Below, in pieces: positions 45,806 to 54,050 of a stretch of DNA of 64,000 bases. The translations under genes and the position numbers were made by a program. Within the stretch, counting starts at the first letter, position 1; each line of letters begins with the position of its first letter. The notes under the pieces are model-generated. The model was not told where the DNA came from, made no database searches, and worked only from the letters and a program-made list of their open reading frames with translations. Origin of the DNA: Patescibacteria group bacterium UBA1406 (GTDB lineage: Bacteria; Patescibacteriota; Microgenomatia; UBA1406). The stretch covers positions 46,653 through 110,652 of the forward strand of contig DBQA01000007.1 of the NCBI GenBank assembly GCA_002305675.1, written 5' to 3'.

Positions 45806-46669
45806 GAGGTGATAGTCCACTTCCACCCTGATATCCAGAAACACTTTCCGGTTCGCCGACAGTTCCAACTCTTTCCTGGCCGCCATCCCGATCTCTTTGA
45901 CCATCCTGCCTTCACGGCCGATAAGCATTTTTTTGTAGCGCTTATCCAGAGTATAGATGGCCGCTTTGATATAAAGAGTGCCGTTGTCGCGTTCGCTGAT
46001 CTCCTCTACTTTTACTGCCGTCTTGTAAGGCACCTCCTGCCTCGTGAAAAGATATATTTTTTCACGGATCAGTTCCTCCAGGTATTCCCGGCTGTGGACG
46101 TTGACCGCCGGATGGACCAGGTTCTCCGTCTCGATGATCGGGTATTTGCGCTTTGCCCTTTTGAACAGCGCCTCCATCAGGGGTTTGATATGCATCTTCT
46201 TGAGGGCGGAGATGACAAAGACCTCATCCACCTCATCCTCAAGATAGCGATATTCGGGCAGGTAGCTGTCTTCCCTGACGTCGATTTTGTTCACGGCCAA
46301 GATAACCGGCTTGTCTATTTCCCTGATGATGCCGACCACTTTCCCCTCTTCAAAATCCCGATGCCTGGTGTGGTCCACCATGTATAGCACCATATCGAAA
46401 TCGTCCTTCAGGGCCTGCATGGTCTTGCGGTTGATGGTCTTCGATAGCCTATCCTCGGCTTTTTTGAATATGCCCGGGGTGTCGATGAACAGGAGCTGTC
46501 CGCGCTCATCCTCATAGACGGCCTTTATTGGGAAACGGGTGGTCTGGGATTTGGGCGAAGTAATACTGACTTTCCGTCCGATGACGTTGTTCAGGAAGGT
46601 CGATTTGCCCACGTTCGGGCGCCCGAGAAGAAGCACGACCCCGGCTTTTTTGGCCACTTTACTTTCCAA
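45791..46669 (-). CDS. era: GTPase Era
   Basis: G1 [10 protein letters not shown]3 DTPG, G4 NKID and a C-terminal KH domain. The start is uncertain: TTG 46669 (overlapping rpmH) or GTG 46657. Confidence 0.9.
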   Translation of the reverse strand: MESKVAKKAGVVLLLGRPNVGKSTFLNNVIGRKVSITSPKSQTTRFPIKAVYEDERGQLLFIDTPGIFKKAEDRLSKTINRKTMQALKDDFDMVLYMVDHTRHRDFEEGKVVGIIREIDKPVILAVNKIDVREDSYLPEYRYLEDEVDEVFVISALKKMHIKPLMEALFKRAKRKYPIIETENLVHPAVNVHSREYLEELIREKIYLFTRQEVPYKTAVKVEEISERDNGTLYIKAAIYTLDKRYKKMLIGREGRMVKEIGMAARKELELSANRKVFLDIRVEVDYHLLDNL

Positions 46670-46811
46670 CGGTAACTGCTAGGCGTTTTCTGCCTTTCTG
46701 CATCCTTCTTTTCAAAACCTGCACCCCGTTTTTGGTGCTTTTCCTTTTTCTGTAGCCGTGGGTCCGGGCCCGCTTAACTTTGGAGGTTTTGTTTCCAAAA
46801 AATGAAACCAT
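46659..46811 (-). CDS. rpmH: ribosomal protein L34
   Basis: Not in the ORF track (50 aa). Hand translation gives [50 protein letters not shown], which matches the L34 pattern (R.HGFR.RM.TKNGR.VL.RRR.KGR..L). Confidence 0.88.
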   Translation of the reverse strand: MVSFFGNKTSKVKRARTHGYRKRKSTKNGVQVLKRRMQKGRKRLAVTVGK

Positions 46812-46813
46812 GT

Positions 46814-48913
46814 TTACATCTCGCTAACTAATAATGAAGCGCCGCTCCCTTTAAATTCCTGATAGGCCGCCTCCGTAACGAAAGGGATGAACGGGTGCAG
46901 CAAGGAAAGGCTGTCCAAATAGACCTTTTTTAGCTTTCCCAACACCTCTATATTACCACTTCTGACCTCGTCTTTCAATTCCTCTATATAGAAATCGGCG
47001 AACCGGTGCCAAAGGAACTCATAGACATCTCCCAGGGCCTGGGAAAACCGGTACGATTTCATCAGCCGGTGGTATTTTTTGGTTAGGGTGGAAAATTCAC
47101 TGGTAATTTCAGCAAGCCTTTGGCCGCCCTTCTGGCTGGTCAGTGAGCTATCGGCTTCGTCCTTTAAGTTCAGGCTGAGAAATCGGCCTATGTTCCAGAT
47201 CTTGTTGGCAAAGTTGCGCATCCCGATGATCTTCTCTTCGGACAGAGACAGATCGCTGCCTTCTTTCACCCCGAACACGAGCGCCGCCCTCAGGGCGTCC
47301 GCCCCGTATTTCTCCACCATGGACAAGGGGTTGATGACATTCCCTTTGCTTTTGCTCATTTTCTGGCCCTTCTCGTCCCTGACCATGCCGTGGAGGAAGA
47401 CGTTACGGAAAGGGATCTCTCCCGTTTTATAAACGCCGATCATGATCATCCTGGCCACCCACCAGGGCAGGATGTCGTAGCCTGTTTCCATCACCGAAGT
47501 GGGATAGAATTTGGCAAAATCCCCAGGCTTAGTCGTCTGCAAGGTGGCGAACGGCCACTGGGCCGAAGAGAACCAGGTGTCGAAGGTGTCTGTCTCAGCC
47601 ACGAAATCGTCCTGGCCGCACAACTGACACTTATTTGGCTCTTCCGTGGATACGAACCATTCCTTCTTTGATTCGCAGTAATAGGCAGGGATCCTGATCC
47701 CCCAAACGATCTGGCGGGAAATATTCCAGTCATGAAAATTGTTCAGCCAGTCGATCAGGATTTTCCTGAACCTTTTCGGATAGACCTTTATCTTGTCTTT
47801 TTCAACAAGCTTGACCGCCTTGTCCGCCAAGGGCCTGACCTTGACGAACCACTGCTCCCGGGGTAGAGGCTCGATGACCCCGCCGCACTTGTAGCAGGTA
47901 CCTATCCTATGCCGATAATCCTCCTTGATCTTGACCATCAGTCCCTTGGCTGACAGGTCGGCCACTATCCTCTCCCTTGCCTTCTTGATTGTCATCCCCT
48001 GGTAAAGGCCGGCCAGTTCGTTCAGGCGGCCATGAAAATCGATCACCTGTTTCATGGGAAGGTTATGCCTTTCTCCTATCTCAAAATCGGTGAAATCGTG
48101 GGCGGGAGTGACCTTGACCACGCCGGTACCGAATTTGGGATCAACAACCCTATCGGCCACCACCTTTAGTTTGAACTTGCCAGCCAGGCCTTCCACCTCA
48201 ACCTCCTTACCTACCCATTGGCGGTATCTTTCATCATCCGGATGGACGGCAACAGCCGTATCACCGAACTTAGTTTCCGGCCGGGTGGTGGCCAGGACAA
48301 AAGGGCCGTACTTCAAATAGTACAGAGGGTCTGTCCTCTCCTTGTAAACCACTTCCAGATCGGAGAAGGACGTACCACAATGCGGACAGTAATTGACCAG
48401 TCGTTTCGCCCGGTAAACAAGTCCGTCGTCAAAAAGCTGCCTGAACGTCTCGTAGACTATTTTGATTATGTCCGGGTCAAGGGTGAACTTTCTCCTGGTC
48501 CAATCCAGGAAGAACCCGAGCTTCCTGAGCTGGTTCTCCATCTTGCCCCGGTTCTCATGTACAAAGTCCCAGATCATTTTATAGAGCTCTTCCCGGGTGT
48601 AGTCCAGACGACTCCGGCCTTTTTTGGCTAGATGCTGTTCATAGACGAACTGGGTCTCGAAGCCGGCATGGTCCGCCCCTGGGAGCCACAGAGTTTCCTG
48701 CCCGTTCATTTTGGCATAGCGGACCATTATATCCTCGTAAACGTACATTGCATGCCCCAGGTGTAGGTCGGCATTGGCGTTCGGGGGAGGCAGGATAATA
48801 GAGAACGGTTCGTGGCGGGATGAGACATCCGCGGTCATCAGGCCCGATCCTTCCCAAAAATCGTACAGCCTCTGCTCATGATCGGCGGGAACAAAGCGTT
48901 TCTCCATAAGCAT
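46814..48913 (-). CDS. valS: valine--tRNA ligase (short form, no C-terminal coiled coil)
   Basis: [14 protein letters not shown], editing-domain [30 protein letters not shown]. 699 aa. Confidence 0.9.
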   Translation of the reverse strand: MLMEKRFVPADHEQRLYDFWEGSGLMTADVSSRHEPFSIILPPPNANADLHLGHAMYVYEDIMVRYAKMNGQETLWLPGADHAGFETQFVYEQHLAKKGRSRLDYTREELYKMIWDFVHENRGKMENQLRKLGFFLDWTRRKFTLDPDIIKIVYETFRQLFDDGLVYRAKRLVNYCPHCGTSFSDLEVVYKERTDPLYYLKYGPFVLATTRPETKFGDTAVAVHPDDERYRQWVGKEVEVEGLAGKFKLKVVADRVVDPKFGTGVVKVTPAHDFTDFEIGERHNLPMKQVIDFHGRLNELAGLYQGMTIKKARERIVADLSAKGLMVKIKEDYRHRIGTCYKCGGVIEPLPREQWFVKVRPLADKAVKLVEKDKIKVYPKRFRKILIDWLNNFHDWNISRQIVWGIRIPAYYCESKKEWFVSTEEPNKCQLCGQDDFVAETDTFDTWFSSAQWPFATLQTTKPGDFAKFYPTSVMETGYDILPWWVARMIMIGVYKTGEIPFRNVFLHGMVRDEKGQKMSKSKGNVINPLSMVEKYGADALRAALVFGVKEGSDLSLSEEKIIGMRNFANKIWNIGRFLSLNLKDEADSSLTSQKGGQRLAEITSEFSTLTKKYHRLMKSYRFSQALGDVYEFLWHRFADFYIEELKDEVRSGNIEVLGKLKKVYLDSLSLLHPFIPFVTEAAYQEFKGSGASLLVSEM

Positions 48914-48953
48914 TAATTATAGCAGACGGAGGGAAATGATAGGCGGGAATGCC

Positions 48954-49412
48954 CTATTTGTAATACTCTTTCACCTGGAAAAGGATATACAGGGACAATA
49001 GGCTGCCGATGACGAGGCCGGCTAGGCTCAGTGTTAGCAGGTTGCCGACAGCTCCGACAAGCGTTGCATAATACAGAAGGTACCATGCCTTCCGGCTCCT
49101 TTGGAAAAGTCCGGGGATGGCAATGAAGCCAAGGATAATGGACACGGCCGAGGTCAGGTAGTCAATAAAGAAGTTGAAACCGTACCTGATGCCTCCGAGA
49201 TAGCTGAACGGCATCATAAATGCTCCCAGGCCGAAAATCGCCAATAGTGCCGGAAGTGACAGGATGGAAAACACCAGCACCAGCCAGGGCGCCACCTTCA
49301 CCAGGGTTTCTTTCCATTCTTTGGGCAGGGGAGGAGCCTTGTCTACAAGGTACATCTTGAGGGTACTTTCCAGATTATGCAAGAGTGAACGGTAATCAGT
49401 AGTTTTGCTCAC
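48954..49412 (-). CDS. hypothetical four-TM membrane protein
   Basis: 152 aa, hydrophobic. I recognise no family. Confidence 0.5.
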   Translation of the reverse strand: MSKTTDYRSLLHNLESTLKMYLVDKAPPLPKEWKETLVKVAPWLVLVFSILSLPALLAIFGLGAFMMPFSYLGGIRYGFNFFIDYLTSAVSIILGFIAIPGLFQRSRKAWYLLYYATLVGAVGNLLTLSLAGLVIGSLLSLYILFQVKEYYK

Positions 49413-49440
49413 AATAACAAGATAGGAAAATCCGGGATTT

Positions 49441-49468
49441 TTGTCAAGCCCTATTTCCTTGTTATAAT
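49441..49468 (+). promoter_or_regulatory. promoter TTGTCA-16-TATAAT, 7 nt upstream of ATG 49476
   Basis: -35 at 49441-49446 and -10 at 49463-49468. Confidence 0.55.
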
Positions 49469-49475
49469 AGGAAAC

Positions 49476-50555
49476 ATGCGTATCGCCAGGCTGGGAAGGG
49501 ACAATTCCCGGCAGATCATCAAGGAGGCAAGGACGGTCCTGAAAAGGGACGGCCTAGTGGTTTTTCCCTCTGATACGGTCTATGGGCTGGCCGCTAATGC
49601 CCGCTCGGCCCAGGCAGTGGAAAAACTGCTGTATTTCAAGGACAGGCCGAGAGGGCAGTCCGTTTCCATCGCCGTCAAAGACTATGCCGATATCGCCAGA
49701 CATGTGGAGGCCACTCCCCAGCAAATGGAGGTGCTGAAAACCATCCTGCCGGGCCCTTTTACCATTGTCCTCCCCTCCAAAGGTCGCGTCTCCCCACGTC
49801 TCGAAGCCGAGGACGGGACCCTGGGAGTGCGGTTGCCGGATTTCGGATTCATCCGGAAACTGAGCCAGACCCTTGATTTCCCCTATACTGCCACGAGTGC
49901 GAATCTCCACGGTAAAGGGCCGCATTACTCCGTACCGTCCCTTTTGCATACGCTGTCCCGTAAAAAAACCGGCTTACTGGATCTTGTTATCGATGACGGC
50001 GAGCTTCCCAGACGCCTCCCCTCCACGGTTGTCAACCTGACGGGAACGACCGTGCAGACGCTTCGGCAGGGAGATGTGGACATTGAACTTGTGAAAAGGA
50101 CAGACAGTCAAAGCGAAGAACAGACAAAAGACGTAGCCAAAGAACTCCTGCAAACGTATCTGAACGACCTCAAAACCCAACCCCTGGTTTTTGTACTGAA
50201 GGGTGATCTGGGCGCCGGCAAGACCATCTTTGCCAAGGGAATTGGCGAATATTTCGGTATAGATAATGTCATTTCACCCACCTTCGTCCTTTATTACGAG
50301 TATAACCTGGACAGGGAGCCGGCTGAAAAACTCCACCATTTTGATCTGTACCGCGTGGAAACGCCCGAGGATATGGAAGTATTGGGCATAGACGAACTTT
50401 TAAAAAGTGGCCAAGTCCTCGTCTTCGAATGGGGAGAAAAGATCGGTTCGACTTCCCCTCTCCTTTCCCAGAAGAAGATCACTCTTTTTTTCGTGAACAT
50501 TAAGGAAAAGGGGGTTCACAGCCGTCATCTGGAAATTTACCGGTTGAGAAGATGA
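49476..50555 (+). CDS. fusion of L-threonylcarbamoyladenylate synthase (TsaC/YrdC domain) with t6A ATPase TsaE
   Basis: N-terminal YrdC block (VVFPSDTVYGLAANA...LPSTVVNL). The C-terminal TsaE has the P-loop GDLGAGKT, SPTF and HFDLYR. Confidence 0.85.
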   Translation: MRIARLGRDNSRQIIKEARTVLKRDGLVVFPSDTVYGLAANARSAQAVEKLLYFKDRPRGQSVSIAVKDYADIARHVEATPQQMEVLKTILPGPFTIVLPSKGRVSPRLEAEDGTLGVRLPDFGFIRKLSQTLDFPYTATSANLHGKGPHYSVPSLLHTLSRKKTGLLDLVIDDGELPRRLPSTVVNLTGTTVQTLRQGDVDIELVKRTDSQSEEQTKDVAKELLQTYLNDLKTQPLVFVLKGDLGAGKTIFAKGIGEYFGIDNVISPTFVLYYEYNLDREPAEKLHHFDLYRVETPEDMEVLGIDELLKSGQVLVFEWGEKIGSTSPLLSQKKITLFFVNIKEKGVHSRHLEIYRLRR

Positions 50556-51610
50556 AGATATTGAGCATCGATACCAGCTGTGACGAGACCAGCGTGGCCA
50601 TTACGGAAGGCAGGCGCGTCCTGTCGCATGTGGAGTGGTCCCAGGTCAAGGTCCACCAGGATTACGGGGGTGTCTTCCCATCCCTGGCCAAGCGTGAGCA
50701 CCTGTCCAAGATGGGCCCGGCCACGAGCAAGGCCCTGAAAAGGTCAGGCTTTTCCCTGGTAGATATGGAGGCGATAGCGGTCACCTTTGGCCCCGGACTG
50801 CCGCCGGCCCTGGAGGTCGGTGTCAACTATGCCAAAGAGCTCGCCGGCAAATACGGCCGGAAACTGATCCCGATCGACCATATCGAGGGGCATATCTATT
50901 CCGCCTTCACCCAAAACAGCCGGGGCAACCCCTCCCGGGAATTCCGCTTCCCCATTCTCGTCTTCGTCATCTCCGGCGGACACACGGAACTCATACATAT
51001 GAAGGGTCATGTGGATTATGAGATCATCGGTGAAACCCTGGATGATGCGGCTGGCGAAGCTCTGGACAAGGCGGCACGGATGCTTGGCTTGGGTTATCCC
51101 GGGGGGCCGATCATCGAGAAACTGGCCCAGTCGGGGAATGGGTACCGGTACAAACTGCCCCTTCCCATGGGTAAGCACAAGGACCTGAGGTTCTCCTACT
51201 CCGGCCTGAAGACGGCTTTCAAACGACTCCTGGAATCACTGCCGGCAAAGGAGAGGCTCGACAATCTGGCAGATCTGGCCGCCAGTTTCCAGCACACGGT
51301 CTTCACATCGCTTCTCGCCAAGCTGGAGCTTGCCTTAAAGGAATATAAGGTCAATGCGGTCGCCTTCGGCGGAGGGGTAAGCGCCAACCGGGAACTGAAA
51401 AAGAGGACCCGCCGGCTCCTGAAAAAACACGGCCTGCCTCTGTATTTCCCCCCCCTGCCGTACCTGTCGACCGACAACGCGGCCATGATCGGAGTGGCCG
51501 CTTATTATAAAGCTCAAAAAGGGATTTTTTTAATGGATCCCGAAGTCCTGGACAGGGTTCCGCGAGCCAACCTGGATAGATACATGGCCGCTAATCATGG
51601 TAAAATATGA
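50552..51610 (+). CDS. tsaD: tRNA N6-adenosine threonylcarbamoyltransferase TsaD
   Basis: ILSIDTSCDETSVAI, HIEGH and the GGVSAN motif. ATGA overlap with the upstream fusion gene. Confidence 0.93.
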   Translation: MKILSIDTSCDETSVAITEGRRVLSHVEWSQVKVHQDYGGVFPSLAKREHLSKMGPATSKALKRSGFSLVDMEAIAVTFGPGLPPALEVGVNYAKELAGKYGRKLIPIDHIEGHIYSAFTQNSRGNPSREFRFPILVFVISGGHTELIHMKGHVDYEIIGETLDDAAGEALDKAARMLGLGYPGGPIIEKLAQSGNGYRYKLPLPMGKHKDLRFSYSGLKTAFKRLLESLPAKERLDNLADLAASFQHTVFTSLLAKLELALKEYKVNAVAFGGGVSANRELKKRTRRLLKKHGLPLYFPPLPYLSTDNAAMIGVAAYYKAQKGIFLMDPEVLDRVPRANLDRYMAANHGKI

Positions 51611-51615
51611 GCATT

Positions 51616-51687
51616 GCCGAGGTAGCTCAGAGGCAGAGCAATCGTTTCATAAGCGATGGGTCGTGAGTTCGAATCTCACCCTCGGCA
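51616..51687 (+). tRNA. tRNA with anticodon CAT (elongator Met or lysidine-modified Ile2; not initiator-like)
   Basis: Hand-folded. Acceptor GCCGAGG/CCTCGGC, D stem GCTC/GAGC, anticodon stem ATCGT/GCGAT with loop TTCATAA, variable GGGTC, T arm GTGAG-TTCGAAT-CTCAC, discriminator A. CCA is not fully encoded. G1:C72 and the lack of 3 G-C pairs in the anticodon stem argue against an initiator. Confidence 0.9.
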
Positions 51688-52080
51688 CCTGGCCAGTACT
51701 TCTTTGGCGATCCGCTCCATTTCTTCTTTAGGAATATCTTTAATAGCACTGATGCGTATCCCGTCATCGTGTCCGTCGTTATCGAATCTGGGAACGATCC
51801 GGATATGGGCATGGGGAACCTCATAACCTAAAGTCAGAAAGTTGACTGAGTGCGACCCGACCACAGCCTGTGTTACCAAAGCGATCTTTTTGGCAGCCTC
51901 CCAATAATCGCCGAAGTTGGGCACATCATATACCCATCGATGGTGTTTCTTGGGGATCAGCAAGGAGTTGCCGGGATTCAGGGGCCTGATATCCAGAAAA
52001 CCCAAAAAATCACCGTCCTCATACACTTTGTAACTTGGGAGCTCGCCTCTGGAAATCTTGCAGAAAATACAGTCTTCCAT
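51676..52080 (-). CDS. HIT-family nucleotide hydrolase/transferase
   Basis: MEDCIFCKI... and the histidine triad HAHIRIVPR. The 3' end overlaps the tRNA 3' end by 12 nt on the opposite strand. Confidence 0.85.
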   Translation of the reverse strand: MEDCIFCKISRGELPSYKVYEDGDFLGFLDIRPLNPGNSLLIPKKHHRWVYDVPNFGDYWEAAKKIALVTQAVVGSHSVNFLTLGYEVPHAHIRIVPRFDNDGHDDGIRISAIKDIPKEEMERIAKEVLARCRG

Positions 52081-52104
52081 ACCCAAATCATAGCATAATC
52101 CGGC

Positions 52105-52935
52105 TCAGCCGAGAAGGATGTCGCACTCCCGCCTTACCCTGTCCGCCACCTGGGGTTTGAGACGGAGGATATCCCGGAGGCCGTTCCCATCCGCAAGTTC
52201 GCTTGCGAGGAGAATACCGTTCTCCACGAGAATCTGCTTTTCCCTCTGGCTTAAAGAATTCAAGGTGGTCACTGGATAAAGCTTCTTACTTTCCACCATA
52301 TCCTGAAGGTTCCCATTATCCGGATAGCTCCAACCTGTTAGCCTCATCTTGACGCACTCCGCATAGGTGATGGCATCGGAGGAGAATTTCGTGTTGCTGA
52401 ATATCCAGGCACCGAACTCCACGCCGGGGTCTGTCCGGCTTAACTTGTGGGCCAAGTCATCGCTCCTAGCCTTGACATAAAGAGGGATCTTGATGTCGCA
52501 CTTCAGGCCAATCTGGTTATGGTACTTACATTCCACGAAATAGACCCGCTTGTCCTTCCTCGCCAGGACATCCACCTCATGTGTCACACAGGCGCCCAAG
52601 AGTTCGGTGTTGGCCGCAACCGTATACCCGTGCTGTTTTAACAGCTCCGCCACGAACTTTTCAAACGGATAACCGGTGGGGCCTATCTCCATAATGGCCC
52701 GCTTCAGGGAGTACCTGTCCTTGCCCAAAGGATAGGCCTTGCCCAAAAAACCGCTGACCAGGCCGTATATTTCGGAGGTGGGAATATTCTGGTAGGCTCC
52801 TTTTTTGACATGGTTGACCACCTGCTCCTCATATTCCCGGGGTATTCCCGCCCTCTCCAGTGACGACCGGACCTTGTCCTCGTCGAACAGCTCTTTCTCA
52901 CCGCTTTCCTTGATTACCCAGATGTTTTGGGACAT
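52105..52935 (-). CDS. ATP-cone domain fused to an Mrr-like PD-(D/E)xK restriction-endonuclease-fold domain plus a C-terminal helical region
   Basis: ATP-cone: IWVIKESGEKELFDEDKVRSSLERAG...TSEIYGLVSGFL. Nuclease core: FEKFVAELLKQHGY...HEVDVLARKDKRVYFVECKYH. Confidence 0.75.
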   Translation of the reverse strand: MSQNIWVIKESGEKELFDEDKVRSSLERAGIPREYEEQVVNHVKKGAYQNIPTSEIYGLVSGFLGKAYPLGKDRYSLKRAIMEIGPTGYPFEKFVAELLKQHGYTVAANTELLGACVTHEVDVLARKDKRVYFVECKYHNQIGLKCDIKIPLYVKARSDDLAHKLSRTDPGVEFGAWIFSNTKFSSDAITYAECVKMRLTGWSYPDNGNLQDMVESKKLYPVTTLNSLSQREKQILVENGILLASELADGNGLRDILRLKPQVADRVRRECDILLG

Positions 52936-52970
52936 AAATAAATCGTAACAAAATTCATTTCATAAGTGAT

Positions 52971-53624
52971 TCAATAACATGGGGGTCCGGGCATCTTTCC
53001 CGTCGGAACCAGTTTGCCGCTTGCGTTCTGGCACCGGTTGGCCGGAACACCGCATTGTCCCGCACAGGTGGGATCGTCATAGAATATGCGGGGGCACTCG
53101 CTCATCTCGGGATTCTCAAATACCTCGCAGAAACCCGTTCTCCCGCCCCCGGGTGCGCAGACGTATTTCTTCGCACAGATGTCCAGCCCGATGTTGGGAC
53201 TCGCCACCCCGTAGTTATAACTGCAACCCGGCCCGCAGCCGGATGTGCAGTGGAGCTCTTCTATCACCGGATCAGCCAAAATCTCAAGATTCGTATAAAG
53301 CCTGTACCAGCTGCTCGCCTTGCCTGAGCAGGCCTCGTAATAGTAGTTGGTATTGGTGACCGGGTCGCAGGGCACCGACCCTAAAAGGATCTCGTTCCCT
53401 CCCCGGAAAGGTAGATTGCAATTAGGCAGAGCCGCGGGATAAGTAGAATTGTCCTGGTAATAATCTTCAAGCGCCCGGCTGAGCGCCTGGAAGTCGCTCT
53501 TGCGTTTGGCGTCCCTGGTTCTTTGCATCTGTTTCGGAATGAAGATAAACGAGAGCGGCAGAACCAATCCCAGGAGTACGATAATGATGATGATTTCGAC
53601 CAGCGTGAATCCTCTGTTGTGCAA
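52971..53624 (-). CDS. type IV pilin/pseudopilin-like protein with a 14-Cys C-terminal extension
   Basis: Class III signal MHNRG/FTLVEIIIIIVLLGL (G-1, F+1, E+5). TTG start 7 nt after AGGAGG. The C-terminal half holds 14 Cys (CTSGCGPGCS, CAKKYVCAPGG, CAGQCGVPANRC...). Confidence 0.85.
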   Translation of the reverse strand: MHNRGFTLVEIIIIIVLLGLVLPLSFIFIPKQMQRTRDAKRKSDFQALSRALEDYYQDNSTYPAALPNCNLPFRGGNEILLGSVPCDPVTNTNYYYEACSGKASSWYRLYTNLEILADPVIEELHCTSGCGPGCSYNYGVASPNIGLDICAKKYVCAPGGGRTGFCEVFENPEMSECPRIFYDDPTCAGQCGVPANRCQNASGKLVPTGKMPGPPCY

Positions 53625-53647
53625 ATACCCCTCCTAAACAAATAACG

Positions 53648-53992
53648 CTATCTGCCGAGTGTTGATAGAAAAAAGGTCACCAGAGACAAGATAATGCTGA
53701 AAACCAGGGCCGACAGGAAGGAGCCGACGGAAAAACCGGGCACCAGGGCACTAGCGAGCATGATAACCAGGGTATTGACCACCAGAGTGAACAGTCCGAG
53801 GGTGACTATGGTCAGCGGCAAGGTCAACAGTATCAACAGCGGTTTGACAAAAGTGTTCAGGAGACCAAGGACCACGGCCACCAGAACGGCGGTCCAAAAC
53901 GAATCGATGTCAACCCCTGGAACAACCGAAGCGGCTACCAGTACGGCCAGAGCATTCAAGACCAGACTGATAATTATTCTCATCAGTTTCAT
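53648..53992 (-). CDS. DUF360 / phage-holin-4_2-family membrane protein (YvlD-like)
   Basis: MKLMRIIISLVLNALAVLVAASVVPGVDIDSFWTAVLVAVVLGLLNTFVKPLLILLTLPLTIVTLGLF matches the family pattern. I prefer ATG 53992. Confidence 0.7.
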   Translation of the reverse strand: MKLMRIIISLVLNALAVLVAASVVPGVDIDSFWTAVLVAVVLGLLNTFVKPLLILLTLPLTIVTLGLFTLVVNTLVIMLASALVPGFSVGSFLSALVFSIILSLVTFFLSTLGR

Positions 53993-54031
53993 TGTAGCAA
54001 AAAGAGGTTCTGCCGCCAAGAGAAAGAGGAG

Positions 54032-54037
54032 TATAAT
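54032..54037 (+). promoter_or_regulatory. -10 box TATAAT 13 nt upstream of the radical SAM ATG
   Basis: The sequence reads ggagTATAATattatcaagcgccATG. Confidence 0.4.
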
Positions 54038-54050
54038 ATTATCAAGCGCC

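Noticed and set aside
51616-51687. Initiator tRNA-fMet assignment.
   Set aside because: G1:C72 is paired, and the anticodon stem lacks the three consecutive G-C pairs typical of bacterial initiators. I call it elongator Met or Ile2.
51627-51824. A 65-aa minus-strand ORF.
   Set aside because: It overlaps the tRNA gene and the HIT gene frame. No support.
53694-54050. The N-terminal 119 codons of track ORF 53694-54977.
   Set aside because: This part is antisense to the DUF360 gene and translates to Thr/Arg/Ser-rich junk. The radical SAM homology starts at MNRKLYFNITNSCNLACRYC (ATG 54051), which also has a TATAAT upstream.
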